54,299 nt of DNA. Source: an uncultured Nitrosopumilaceae archaeon (GTDB lineage Archaea > Thermoproteota > Nitrososphaeria > Nitrososphaerales > Nitrosopumilaceae). Position numbers and translations under genes: made by a program. The notes beneath the pieces were generated by a model. That model searched no databases. It was given only the letters and a program-made list of their open reading frames with translations, and was not told the origin of the DNA. This document shows positions 19,663 to 29,325 of this stretch, piece after piece. Numbering within the stretch: position 1 is the first letter of the stretch; every line of letters starts with the position of its first letter. The DNA lies in contig CAZDPM010000001.1 of assembly GCA_964507355.1 (NCBI GenBank), forward strand, positions 1 to 54,299, given 5' to 3'.

Positions 19663-20006
19663 CAGGATCAGGGGCATTTGAAAATCCAAAGAAAAGTGCA
19701 TATTCTATAGAATACTATGATTCATCTTGGGAATTAGAATACATGAAGGAGCTTGAAAGCGATGCAGTAGTTAGTAAATGGACAAAAAATCATGGGATTA
19801 GAATTAATTATTTTGATTCACAGAGTAAATTTAGAACTTATAATCCGGATTTCCTTGTAGAGAACACTGATGGAACAATAGAATTGGTTGAAATGAAAGG
19901 AGGACATTTACTCAAAAATCCAGATACAAAAAAGAAAATGGAATTTGGAAAAAAATGGTGTGAAGCAAGAGGAATGAAATATAGAATTATTTCCAAATAT
20001 CAATAA
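19659..20006 (+). CDS. Stand-alone TnsA_N-like PD-(D/E)xK endonuclease (split Res nuclease)
   Basis: YDSSWE, YNPDFLV, LVEMKG; overlaps helicase stop. Confidence 0.8.
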   Translation: MTGSGAFENPKKSAYSIEYYDSSWELEYMKELESDAVVSKWTKNHGIRINYFDSQSKFRTYNPDFLVENTDGTIELVEMKGGHLLKNPDTKKKMEFGKKWCEARGMKYRIISKYQ

Positions 20007-20055
20007 TCATATTTATATTCAAATTTTAAATCTTGTCATAAATTATTGTATTGTG

Positions 20056-20130
20056 TTCATCTTTTTTTAATACACCAAAGTGAACAAACCCATTTTTTAC
20101 CTGTTCTTCTTTTAGTTCCATTTCTGTATC
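20056..20130. repeat. 75-bp intergenic copy of an internal segment of the MBL gene (other copy 20364-20438)
   Basis: 73/75 identity by manual alignment. Confidence 0.9.
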
Positions 20131-20189
20131 TACTTTAAAACGTGAATTTCGTTACTTTTATGAAATTAATGTTTTAGAAAAACAGCATT

Positions 20190-21671
20190 TTACATGTTTA
20201 TAGATTCATGTTGATTCACTGATTGAACATTTTCATGCCATTTTTTATGATATTCTTCATGTTGTGTATGAATTGGAATTAGTTTTTTGGAATTAGAACC
20301 ATCAATTACTCTTTTAATTTGAGTACCATCACCATGACCTGAAACATGTATCTGATGCCAGTCTTCATCTTTTTTCAATACACCAAAGTGAACAAACCAA
20401 TTTTTTACCTGTTCTTCTTTTAGTTCCATTTCTGTATCAAACGGCTCTGTCAATGAACGAATGTAAGTAGCACCTGTATCGGGCTTGATATCAATCAAGT
20501 CTTGTAGTCTGAAATCACTGCAAAAGAATATGAAATTCTTTTGATTTGCCTTTACGTCTCTATAGTCTACAGCATTAGGATAATCTACAAACTCTCTTTG
20601 CCATTCTGAATAATCCATGTACAGTTGTCTTCTAGAAAACTTGTCCAAATCTTTGTCAATTAACCCCCATGAGCCTCTCTGAATGTATATTTTGATATTT
20701 TTATCCGTTGGAGAAGGATAATGTCCCTTAAGATTTTCTGATTGAGAGAATAATTTTAACAAATATGCTTGCTTCATATCAATTACTAAATCTCGATTAG
20801 TTTGTTTTGCTGATTCATAGAATGATAGTAATCTATCCAAATCCCTAATTGGATAACCACAAATTACCAATCCCTTTGTATTATTTACAATTTCAGATAC
20901 TTTGGTTTCAACATCATATTCAGTTAAGGATTGAGTTGAATTTACTCTAGTTCCCTCACACAATAAAAGATCTAGAGAAGACTCACCACATCTTTCTACA
21001 AACTTTTCAGTGTCTTTACTTCGTCTTCCATGAAATCTTAAATCCGCAGTATTACCTATTGAGCCTTCAGATGTATGCAGAATAAACGCATGAACTCCTG
21101 CAATAGAATGATCTACTGGTAATGGTTCTACCTTAATTGAATCAATTGAAAATTCTTTTCCTGATTGAAATATTTTGACAGTACGAGGAATCTGTACTTT
21201 ATCTCCAGTTGCACGACTAATCTCACCTTTGTTATTTTCATAAACTTGAAATTTTTCTTTTAGTGTAAGATATTGTTCACTACCAGTATCATCAAAGTTC
21301 TGCATGATTAGTTTTGATTCTTCAGAGCAGTAAATAGGAATGTCTTCTCTTAGATATGGAATGTATGCACAATGATCAACATGTGCATGTGTAAGTAAGA
21401 TTCCATCAACTTGTGTTTCTTCATTTCCATCAAATCCAACATGCTTTGCATAGTCTCTGCGATACAGTCCTTTGATCTTAGGTAAGATTCCCAGCTCAAA
21501 CATGTCCGTAAGAGCGTTTGACCCTCGAGCATTCAAAAACTGTGAAAAGAATTGTCCCTCTTGAGAAAAGGACATACCAAAGTCCATGAATAATGTGGTA
21601 TCCTTATCTTTGACTAGGAACTTGTTTCCACCAATGTCATTTACCCCCCCATGGAATGTTATGCTAGTCAT
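20190..21671 (-). CDS. RNase J-like metallo-beta-lactamase nuclease
   Basis: GGVNDIGGN, MDFG, THAHVDH, VDHS, DLRFHG, CEGT, HVSGH, IPIH. Confidence 0.85.
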   Translation of the reverse strand: MTSITFHGGVNDIGGNKFLVKDKDTTLFMDFGMSFSQEGQFFSQFLNARGSNALTDMFELGILPKIKGLYRRDYAKHVGFDGNEETQVDGILLTHAHVDHCAYIPYLREDIPIYCSEESKLIMQNFDDTGSEQYLTLKEKFQVYENNKGEISRATGDKVQIPRTVKIFQSGKEFSIDSIKVEPLPVDHSIAGVHAFILHTSEGSIGNTADLRFHGRRSKDTEKFVERCGESSLDLLLCEGTRVNSTQSLTEYDVETKVSEIVNNTKGLVICGYPIRDLDRLLSFYESAKQTNRDLVIDMKQAYLLKLFSQSENLKGHYPSPTDKNIKIYIQRGSWGLIDKDLDKFSRRQLYMDYSEWQREFVDYPNAVDYRDVKANQKNFIFFCSDFRLQDLIDIKPDTGATYIRSLTEPFDTEMELKEEQVKNWFVHFGVLKKDEDWHQIHVSGHGDGTQIKRVIDGSNSKKLIPIHTQHEEYHKKWHENVQSVNQHESINM

Positions 21672-21790
21672 AATATTTCACTTATAATGTAATATTAAAA
21701 GAAATTATGCTCAATTTTCTCAATTGTGTGAGAATCTCATTTAGTACAAAGTTGCATAATGTAGAAATAATTGTAAGTGTTAGTATACAC

Positions 21791-22000
21791 ATGCAACGAA
21801 TCCCTGTTACTTCTAGCGATATTTCATCAATTGGATATGAAAACGATGTTTTAGAGATAGAATTCCATAGTGGGAAAAGTGTGTATCAGTATTTCCAAGT
21901 ACCGGAACATGAATACCAAGGGCTAATGAATGCTCAATCCCATGGAAAATACTTTAATCAAAATATTAAAAATAAATACATAACTAAAAAAATTTCTTGA
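21791..22000 (+). CDS. KTSC domain protein (ORF track start 21707)
   Basis: MQRIPVTSS.I.SIGY...LEIEF..G..YQY..VP......A.S.GKYFN..IK. Confidence 0.9.
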   Translation: MQRIPVTSSDISSIGYENDVLEIEFHSGKSVYQYFQVPEHEYQGLMNAQSHGKYFNQNIKNKYITKKIS

Positions 22001-22003
22001 TTT

Positions 22004-23914
22004 TTATTGTTGGTTTAGTTTTTTAATTTTTTCCAATATTTGTTTTAATGTAATAGGAATCTCACCGTTACATTGTTCTAAATCTTCTAATATTGTTTGA
22101 ATTATCGTTGGATTTTTTGTTGCATTTGATATTCGCATATCGTATTCCGTCATACAATTATTTAATGATAATTCATATATTTCCTCACCTATCTCATCTT
22201 TCAACATAGTTTCAAGTGTGCCTTCTATTACAGCATGATCATCCTTTACATGTGACGGATAATCATTTTCAGGCTCATTAAATAATCTCAATAATTTTCT
22301 ATTCCTCTTAACTTCTTCAGGTTTATCACGATCATTATCCCAAATTACATAAATCGGTATGCCTAATTGTCTAAAAATTATTGCAACTTTGTCCAAATTT
22401 GGTTTTCCAGAACAGGGGATTACTGAAATTCCTTCACTCTCCAAATTAATTTTTAATACATTAGAGGCACCAAGAATGGATGCTCTATCGCTGTCGCCCT
22501 CAACTAATACGGCACATTTTGAAAAAAACCCTTCATTAATCCATGGTGTTTGTATCATGTGAAGAAGTGGTATAATATTAGATTCATTGTATTTATCTCC
22601 ATGAAATTTTGACAATTCTGTAGTCAGTTTAGATATGTCTGTAGTAGAAATTTTTGTGATTTTTGGCATTCCCTCTGTATGAATTTGTTTTCTCAATAAT
22701 CTGACTTGATTAATTCTATCCAATCCAACAAAATGAGGTGAATGTGTACTGTAAATAACTTGTATATTTGAAGAAATACCATCAACTGCACATTTAGATA
22801 AATCAAGACAGATTTTAGAAATATGTCGTTGTCTATTTGGATGCTGATATAATTCTGGTTCCTCTATAATTAATACCAAAGTTGAAAAATCCGATACACC
22901 TACACTCCCAGCATCAATCTTATTGAACGTTGATAAATATTGCAACAAAGTCATAATAAAAACACGTTGTAATCCATGACCTGTTCGATCTACAGTTGCA
23001 CGATATCCATCTTCAACCAAATTTGCGATTGCAGAAGGTAAAGTAATTTGAAAATCTTTTTGGATTAACCATGATAAATCTATTTTTGCATCTGGCACGT
23101 AACTGTTTAATGTTGCAGTAAGATCTTGAGATAATTTTGAAATTTCTTTGAGATTTTCATTATCTAAAATTTTATTGTATCGTTCTTTAATCTCTTTTTG
23201 AAATATCTGAATCTCTTCTTTTTTCATTAATTCATTTCTAATCACAAGATCAAGTAATGTGGTTAGTACTGAATTTTTTCCTTCAATTGCATCTGAGGAA
23301 GCATCTTTTACTGCAGGAATATACAATAACTTTATGTATTTTTCAAGACGCCATGTTCCTACCCCTTGATAACCAAAAAATTGCCCGTCATCTCTACTTC
23401 TTTGACATCTTTCAAGATGACATTCTTCCCATTCATTCAAATAATTTTTTATTTGTTCAAAATTTGTCCAATTTGGAAATGATTGATATTCTTCTTTTCT
23501 TTTTAATTCCTCATATTCTAATTTTGCAGGAGTTGCCATTAAGCATGATCTAATTTTATCAAAATCAGGATTTTGAAAAGTTGAGCCATGATAAGTATCA
23601 CTAATTTTATCATCCGTGAATTTGAATACACGTTCCACAGTTAGTTCATCATTTTGAAGATATTTAGAAAATTCTTCTTTAGCTTTATCAGATAAATTTG
23701 TAAAAGTTATGGAAAATACAATTTCATTATTTGTATCAGTATTGTAAAAATCATCTGTAGTTATAGGGTGTCTGGCTTGAAAGAATTCAAGGGCGTGTAA
23801 AAAAGAGGACTTGCCAGAACCGTTTGCACCCACTAATACAGTAAGATTATCAAAGTAAAGTGTTTCATCTAGGATAGAGCGAAAATTTTTTACATTCATG
23901 GATTTTATGATCAT
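22004..23914 (-). CDS. OLD-family ATP-dependent nuclease (ABC ATPase + TOPRIM, GajA-like)
   Basis: NFRS, GANGSGKS, GHGLQ, IEEPELYQHP, STHS, LVEGDSD, WDND. Confidence 0.92.
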   Translation of the reverse strand: MIIKSMNVKNFRSILDETLYFDNLTVLVGANGSGKSSFLHALEFFQARHPITTDDFYNTDTNNEIVFSITFTNLSDKAKEEFSKYLQNDELTVERVFKFTDDKISDTYHGSTFQNPDFDKIRSCLMATPAKLEYEELKRKEEYQSFPNWTNFEQIKNYLNEWEECHLERCQRSRDDGQFFGYQGVGTWRLEKYIKLLYIPAVKDASSDAIEGKNSVLTTLLDLVIRNELMKKEEIQIFQKEIKERYNKILDNENLKEISKLSQDLTATLNSYVPDAKIDLSWLIQKDFQITLPSAIANLVEDGYRATVDRTGHGLQRVFIMTLLQYLSTFNKIDAGSVGVSDFSTLVLIIEEPELYQHPNRQRHISKICLDLSKCAVDGISSNIQVIYSTHSPHFVGLDRINQVRLLRKQIHTEGMPKITKISTTDISKLTTELSKFHGDKYNESNIIPLLHMIQTPWINEGFFSKCAVLVEGDSDRASILGASNVLKINLESEGISVIPCSGKPNLDKVAIIFRQLGIPIYVIWDNDRDKPEEVKRNRKLLRLFNEPENDYPSHVKDDHAVIEGTLETMLKDEIGEEIYELSLNNCMTEYDMRISNATKNPTIIQTILEDLEQCNGEIPITLKQILEKIKKLNQQ

Positions 23915-24032
23915 ATGAAATGCTTAGGAATCTGTATTTATAGAGATTTTTATGAATTTAAGAATTTTATTGAATCATATTCCACGATAAAACAGAAAAG
24001 ATTTTCAAGTCCAAACATAACAAGAAAATTAC

Positions 24033-25559
24033 TTGTCTACTAAACATGGTGAGTCTTTTGAAAAACGTATAGCGCTAATTCTGAACAGTGCCGGTTTTAC
24101 AGTCAGCGATAAACCGATATCCATCAAAAGTCAAGGTGCGATAATAGGGGATCTAGATATAGTTGCATATGATCCAAAAACTGGTAAGCATATTGGCGTC
24201 TCATGTAAAGAACATTTTGCAGGAAATCCTAGCTCTGAAAACTTTAGTCATTTTGTTGAAATGCTGGAAAATGAGAAAATATTATTTGGAATATTTGCAT
24301 CTGCTACAGATATTTCCAATAGAGTTGAACCGCGTGTAAAAGACACGCTTCATAGAAAAGGAATTCGAATTATTCTGTTAAAAAATGAAAATGTTTTAAA
24401 TTTAGAAAAATTGATCTATGGTAAACAATACTCTAAAGTTAAAGAATATTTCAGAAAAAATTTATTTTTAGATGATAATGAAAATATATTCAATACTAAT
24501 TTAGGTTCCAAAAATATGATCTATGGAAAAACTGTAAAGTGTGAAAACATACTACCAATAAATTTTGATAATCAACAAATGCCTGAGTATATAGTAAATG
24601 GGAGAGATTTCACCCCTACAATCTCAACACTAAATTTAGAACCCTATTTTGTTATGGATTATGGTTTCACAATTGAGGCAAGAAATCCTCAAACATTTGA
24701 AGTGTTAGAAAGAAAAGAGGAACAAGGAACTTATTTTATAGATGCTTCAAAAGGGCGTATATTAGACACAAAAGAAAAAATCTACAAACATTTGAAAAAA
24801 TATTGTACAAACTATGTGCCAAGTGAATCAATAAATGAATACGGGTTTACTATTCAGAAAATTGAGAAACGAATTGATTTTAATGAATTTATCAAAAAGA
24901 TTCGTAATGATATTGCATCTAGAAATGAAATTAGAAAAGACTACATTAATTCTAAAGGACAAACACAGACTAAAATTGTAAAACCAAAAGGTGATCAAGT
25001 CCAAATTCTTTCAAAACATTTCATTTATGTTCCGATTTGGGATGTCGAATTTAGATTAGGAGATAAAACATACAAAAGAAAATATTTTGCATATGATGGA
25101 GATGCATTGAGTGACGATCTTAGACTATGTAGTTTATGTAAAAAACAAACTCATTCTATTTGTACTCAATGTTATAATACATCTTGTGAGGATCATCAAA
25201 GAGCATGTAAAGAATGTGCTAAAATCTTATGTGAAAAATGTGCTAAAATTTGTATAGAATGTGGCAAAAATGCTTTTTGTATTACACATACTCCAACTAC
25301 TGGATGTCATATTTGTAAAACAATGATGTGTTTAGAATGTAGTAAAATATCTTGTAAAGTTTGTAGAATGACCACATGTAGATATCATAGAAATGTTTGT
25401 AGTAATTGTTCACATATTGTATGCATTGAACATCAATCACAGAAAAAATACACTTTAGTAACAAAAAAATTTTGTTCTGATGTATGTTTTCAGACATATG
25501 ATAATGAATATAGATCTAGTGGAATGTTTGGTAAATTCAAAAAAATAATTGGCAAGTGA
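24033..25559 (+). CDS. Mrr-like restriction-endonuclease-fold protein with long C-terminal Cys/His-rich Zn repeats
   Basis: GESFE, DLDIVA, VSCK; about ten CxxC/CxxH pairs at C-terminus. Confidence 0.7.
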   Translation: MSTKHGESFEKRIALILNSAGFTVSDKPISIKSQGAIIGDLDIVAYDPKTGKHIGVSCKEHFAGNPSSENFSHFVEMLENEKILFGIFASATDISNRVEPRVKDTLHRKGIRIILLKNENVLNLEKLIYGKQYSKVKEYFRKNLFLDDNENIFNTNLGSKNMIYGKTVKCENILPINFDNQQMPEYIVNGRDFTPTISTLNLEPYFVMDYGFTIEARNPQTFEVLERKEEQGTYFIDASKGRILDTKEKIYKHLKKYCTNYVPSESINEYGFTIQKIEKRIDFNEFIKKIRNDIASRNEIRKDYINSKGQTQTKIVKPKGDQVQILSKHFIYVPIWDVEFRLGDKTYKRKYFAYDGDALSDDLRLCSLCKKQTHSICTQCYNTSCEDHQRACKECAKILCEKCAKICIECGKNAFCITHTPTTGCHICKTMMCLECSKISCKVCRMTTCRYHRNVCSNCSHIVCIEHQSQKKYTLVTKKFCSDVCFQTYDNEYRSSGMFGKFKKIIGK

Positions 25560-25708
25560 TAAAAAAATTAAAATGATCTGTCATACGAAATATGTTACAT
25601 GCGATAGTATTTAGAAACAATTTGATTATTTTAAAATGGAAAAAATTAAAGAAAATTAGAACTATAAAAATAGATATGTCTTTAAGGAATTAAAATAAAT
25701 TTGAATAA

Positions 25709-26290
25709 ATGTGTGAGTATGCACGATGGTATAAGCCTGTAGTGATTTTGGATGGATTGGTATTTTTGGTTGTTTTTACGGCAATAATAAGCGGTGGTGA
25801 AAATGGAGAAATTATTGGAAGTTACGGTAGTATAATTGCACTTTTACTTTTTGGACTTTGGTTTTGGCATATGAAGTCTGTTCAAGCAAAATCTCTACGG
25901 AAAGATAATCAATATTATAATCAACCACATCAAGAAAAAATTTCAATTACTTGTGCAATATGTGGAAATAAAGATTCAAACATTAATGAAGGATTGTGTC
26001 CTAAATGTCAAAAACAAACTCAATATATGAAAGAGAAGCAAATGGAGCAAAATAAAGTCAATACTTCAAAAAAAGTAAACTATTATCAGCTTTTGAATGT
26101 GGATGAAAATGCTTCCCAAGATAATATTCAAAAAAGATGGCGAGAGTTAGCAAAAGAATTTCATCCAGATAAAGCACCGAATTCTTCAATAGCAGAAGAT
26201 GAATTTGTCATATATAGAAAGGCATATGAGATATTATCAGATCCCAAAAGAAGACAAGAATATGATTCCAAACTAAATCATACTTCTTAA
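25709..26290 (+). CDS. Two-TM, Zn-finger, J-domain protein
   Basis: Two hydrophobic helices, CAIC..CPKC, NYYQLL..HPDK..AYEILSDP.RR..YD. Confidence 0.88.
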   Translation: MCEYARWYKPVVILDGLVFLVVFTAIISGGENGEIIGSYGSIIALLLFGLWFWHMKSVQAKSLRKDNQYYNQPHQEKISITCAICGNKDSNINEGLCPKCQKQTQYMKEKQMEQNKVNTSKKVNYYQLLNVDENASQDNIQKRWRELAKEFHPDKAPNSSIAEDEFVIYRKAYEILSDPKRRQEYDSKLNHTS

Positions 26291-26299
26291 ATCAAGTTA

Positions 26300-27040
26300 T
26301 TATGAAATTTTGTAGTTACACATGGTTTTCAAATTACATGCATTACATTTGTGTATACTGTTATGATGTTCTGGATTTGTAACTCCAACAGAAATGGATG
26401 CAAACTTTTCTAAAGAAGTATGTAGATAATGAAGCGAAAATACATCTTGATAGTCTGAGAATACTTTGTATGGCTCTCTAGTTTTTCTATCACAAATTCT
26501 GATCTGCCATTTCTTTTGGGTATGAGGCATTTCAAAATAGTCATCAGGACTTGCACGTCTCTTTGCAGAATAACTGGAATTAAGATATGTCAAGACTTGT
26601 AATAATTGACTAGGATAGGGTTGTGTTTTAGAGTCATAAATCTGAGGTTTACCTGTAAATTTATCATCTTGAACTACTAGTGTTTCATCAATTCTGAGAA
26701 TTTTATCAATTCTACCTGATAATGAAACTAGAACTTTTTCAGATGGAAACTCAAAGGGAATATTCAGTGTAGAGTAAATATTTTCTCGTGCGAATTCGAT
26801 ATTTTCTTCTTTATTTTCTATTTGTTCAAGTGATATTGGTTCTAGTTCTACATGTTCTGCTTCATATTTTTCCTCTGCATGATGTGCTTTAGTTCCTTGA
26901 ATTAGTGCCTGAGAGGGTTTTGGTTTTACCCCTTCAATAGAAAGAGGAATTTTGTATTCACAATAACCTAGAGAATCTGCAAAATCAGTTACAGATGCAG
27001 TTAGGAATGTGAAATCATTATCTCTATTGATCTTAATCAA
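26300..27040 (-). CDS. Solo Cas4-like PD-(D/E)xK nuclease
   Basis: YCE...GT..H, GRID, DDK, Q...Y, C-terminal CNACNLKTMC (Fe-S staple pattern). Confidence 0.8.
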   Translation of the reverse strand: MIKINRDNDFTFLTASVTDFADSLGYCEYKIPLSIEGVKPKPSQALIQGTKAHHAEEKYEAEHVELEPISLEQIENKEENIEFARENIYSTLNIPFEFPSEKVLVSLSGRIDKILRIDETLVVQDDKFTGKPQIYDSKTQPYPSQLLQVLTYLNSSYSAKRRASPDDYFEMPHTQKKWQIRICDRKTREPYKVFSDYQDVFSLHYLHTSLEKFASISVGVTNPEHHNSIHKCNACNLKTMCNYKIS

Positions 27041-27120
27041 GGATGGTTAGACTTTGTATTGTTAATTATTCAGTATTTTGTTCTAGAAACTCTTAATTTC
27101 ATACTAAAATCAAAACGGAT

Positions 27121-28209
27121 ATGGGTTTTGTGGGTTGGATAGTAGTATTCATAATTACTTTGATCATAAGTGCTGTTTCTTTTGTTTTAGGAGAATATGG
27201 AATTTGTGCTGTGTTTGTGATAATTTGGATTATTTCTATTATAGGGATGAGGACAAGTAGGAAAAATTCAAAAACTTTGAAACCAAAGATAGACTCTCCA
27301 CCCCAAACATCACTAGTTTCAGAATCAACAGAAAAACACATAGTTAGACAAAACCCAAAAAATATGACAAATATGGCAAGTTTTAGTGGTGAATTACAAG
27401 ACTTTTACGATATAATTCTACCAAAGATTCGAAATAGTATTGCAAGCATGACAAAAAAGAAAAAAATAGAATTAGGATACATTTGTCAACATTGCAATCA
27501 AAAAAATGAATTAGATTCTGCTCACAAGGAAGGTAGAACTCTTAGAGATATTGTAAAAAATGTGCTTGAGCACTATAAATCAGAAAATAACATGTATGTA
27601 GTTCCAGATTTATATCAATTAATTTTAAAAATAAAAGGAGAGCATATCCCAATCGAAAATAATTTCTGGTTCTTGTGTAAAACATGTCATAGAAAATATG
27701 ATAGTAAATCTATCAACAATGATGCCGAGTATAGTGATGCACCACAAAAAAGTAAACCAATCAAAGAAGTTAATCAAATTAAACATACAGTACATCAAGG
27801 AATCATTCCTCAAAAAGGCGAAGAATTTACAGAAAAAGAACTCTATGACCAATTTAATGTAAGAAATAGTGGGGGAATTAGACCTAGTACAAAAAACAAA
27901 GTCATTATTTTGATCAATTCTTTTTTCTCCGAAAAACAAGGAGGATATGAAAACGAGACTAGTGAGAAATCAGGATTTGTATACTATGTAGGGGAAGGAG
28001 AAGGAAGTCAGGAGATGACTAGAAACAACAAAAGTATCTACGAAACAAAATACAATGGATATGATATGCTTTATTTTGATAAACCTGAACAAAATAGATT
28101 ATTTTATAGATTTCAAGTTGAATATGATTCACATGAAATACAAAGACAAAAAAATTCAGAGGGAAAATACCGTGATGTGATAATATTCAAATTGAAAATC
28201 ATTGATTAG
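27121..28209 (+). CDS. TM-anchored HNH + SRA-like domain protein
   Basis: Two TM helices; CQHC..LDSAH..LCKTCHRKYD; GGIRPS..YEN..YYVGEG..SQ. Confidence 0.7.
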   Translation: MGFVGWIVVFIITLIISAVSFVLGEYGICAVFVIIWIISIIGMRTSRKNSKTLKPKIDSPPQTSLVSESTEKHIVRQNPKNMTNMASFSGELQDFYDIILPKIRNSIASMTKKKKIELGYICQHCNQKNELDSAHKEGRTLRDIVKNVLEHYKSENNMYVVPDLYQLILKIKGEHIPIENNFWFLCKTCHRKYDSKSINNDAEYSDAPQKSKPIKEVNQIKHTVHQGIIPQKGEEFTEKELYDQFNVRNSGGIRPSTKNKVIILINSFFSEKQGGYENETSEKSGFVYYVGEGEGSQEMTRNNKSIYETKYNGYDMLYFDKPEQNRLFYRFQVEYDSHEIQRQKNSEGKYRDVIIFKLKIID

Positions 28210-28501
28210 ATTCTAACGTCTCTAGGTTCTCATTACAATTCATACAATACCAAACGCCATCACATCTGTCACGGTATTTTTTAGGATGCTTACATTTAAT
28301 GAATTTTTTACCCTCTAGTAACTTGATTATTTTTTCTAAATATTCTACTTCATCTGAGAGAAAAACAGCTAGTCCTTCAGCCATTTCTGCTGGAAGATCC
28401 TGATTATCCTTGTACCATGGCTGATTTTTGTCTCTAAATCCAGAAATTAGTTTTTTTCTGTGTTCTACTAATCCCTTTAATGCCAAAACCGCTTTTTTCA
28501 T
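28199..28501 (-). CDS. Hypothetical protein with C-terminal Zn ribbon
   Basis: CKH...YCMNC. Confidence 0.6.
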   Translation of the reverse strand: MKKAVLALKGLVEHRKKLISGFRDKNQPWYKDNQDLPAEMAEGLAVFLSDEVEYLEKIIKLLEGKKFIKCKHPKKYRDRCDGVWYCMNCNENLETLESNQ

Positions 28502-28588
28502 AAATTATGATATTTTTGATACTTAGAAAATACAGGTAATAATATAATTTCTCTTAAAATCTAATAATATCATAATGAATAGTATAAT

Positions 28589-29293
28589 ATGAAAACAGCT
28601 ATTAATGAGAAAACTTTAGAATTAAATGTAATTTCATCACTTCTAAAATCCATTCGGAAAAATTTTCCTAAAGCATACTCAATTGGATTTGATTTAAAAC
28701 AAGAATTACACGGTGGACTAGATTCAAGTATAGATATATCAAGAACTTTTAGATTTTTATCATTTCAGTTCAAAAAGCCATATAGAGTTGAAAAAAATGT
28801 ATATTGGTTTCATTTTAACAATAATAAACATAAAAATCAACATAACACATTATGTTCAGTACGGTTAAGAACAAACAGTGTTATTTTTTATGCACTCCCA
28901 CTTTACGAAAATCTTGATAAATTACACAAAGACTCTCCAAATTTTCTTAAGAGAACATATCTCATTGATCCATTGAATGTTGGTGGATTACCTGATAAAT
29001 CGATACACCGTTTTGAGATTAATGTTAAATCTAAAATAGTCGATATTCATTCAGACTTTAAAAAACAAGTTAAGGCTAAATCAATGGATGAAATTATTCA
29101 TAGTTTTATTGAAAATAAAATTGGAAATACCAATAAAGAATTCAAAAATAAAATAAAAGATCGTGTTGATAAAGAAAATGACTTTTTTAAAAATATTCCT
29201 ATATTGGAAGACAGATATGATTATCGTTTTAACTCCAAGATCATGTTAAAAGGAATCGCAGTAGAGTCAAAAAAATCATCAAACTTTTCATAA
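28589..29293 (+). CDS. Putative PD-(D/E)xK-fold protein
   Basis: E...GGLD...FQFKKP...Q pattern. Confidence 0.5.
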   Translation: MKTAINEKTLELNVISSLLKSIRKNFPKAYSIGFDLKQELHGGLDSSIDISRTFRFLSFQFKKPYRVEKNVYWFHFNNNKHKNQHNTLCSVRLRTNSVIFYALPLYENLDKLHKDSPNFLKRTYLIDPLNVGGLPDKSIHRFEINVKSKIVDIHSDFKKQVKAKSMDEIIHSFIENKIGNTNKEFKNKIKDRVDKENDFFKNIPILEDRYDYRFNSKIMLKGIAVESKKSSNFS

Positions 29294-29325
29294 AACCTTA
29301 AGTTTCTAGAATTGTTTTGAAATCA

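Noticed and set aside
20056-20438. DGR template/variable repeat pair
   Set aside because: No reverse transcriptase in the window; only two mismatches, not clearly adenine-specific
22004-23914. Complete Gabija system
   Set aside because: No adjacent UvrD-like GajB
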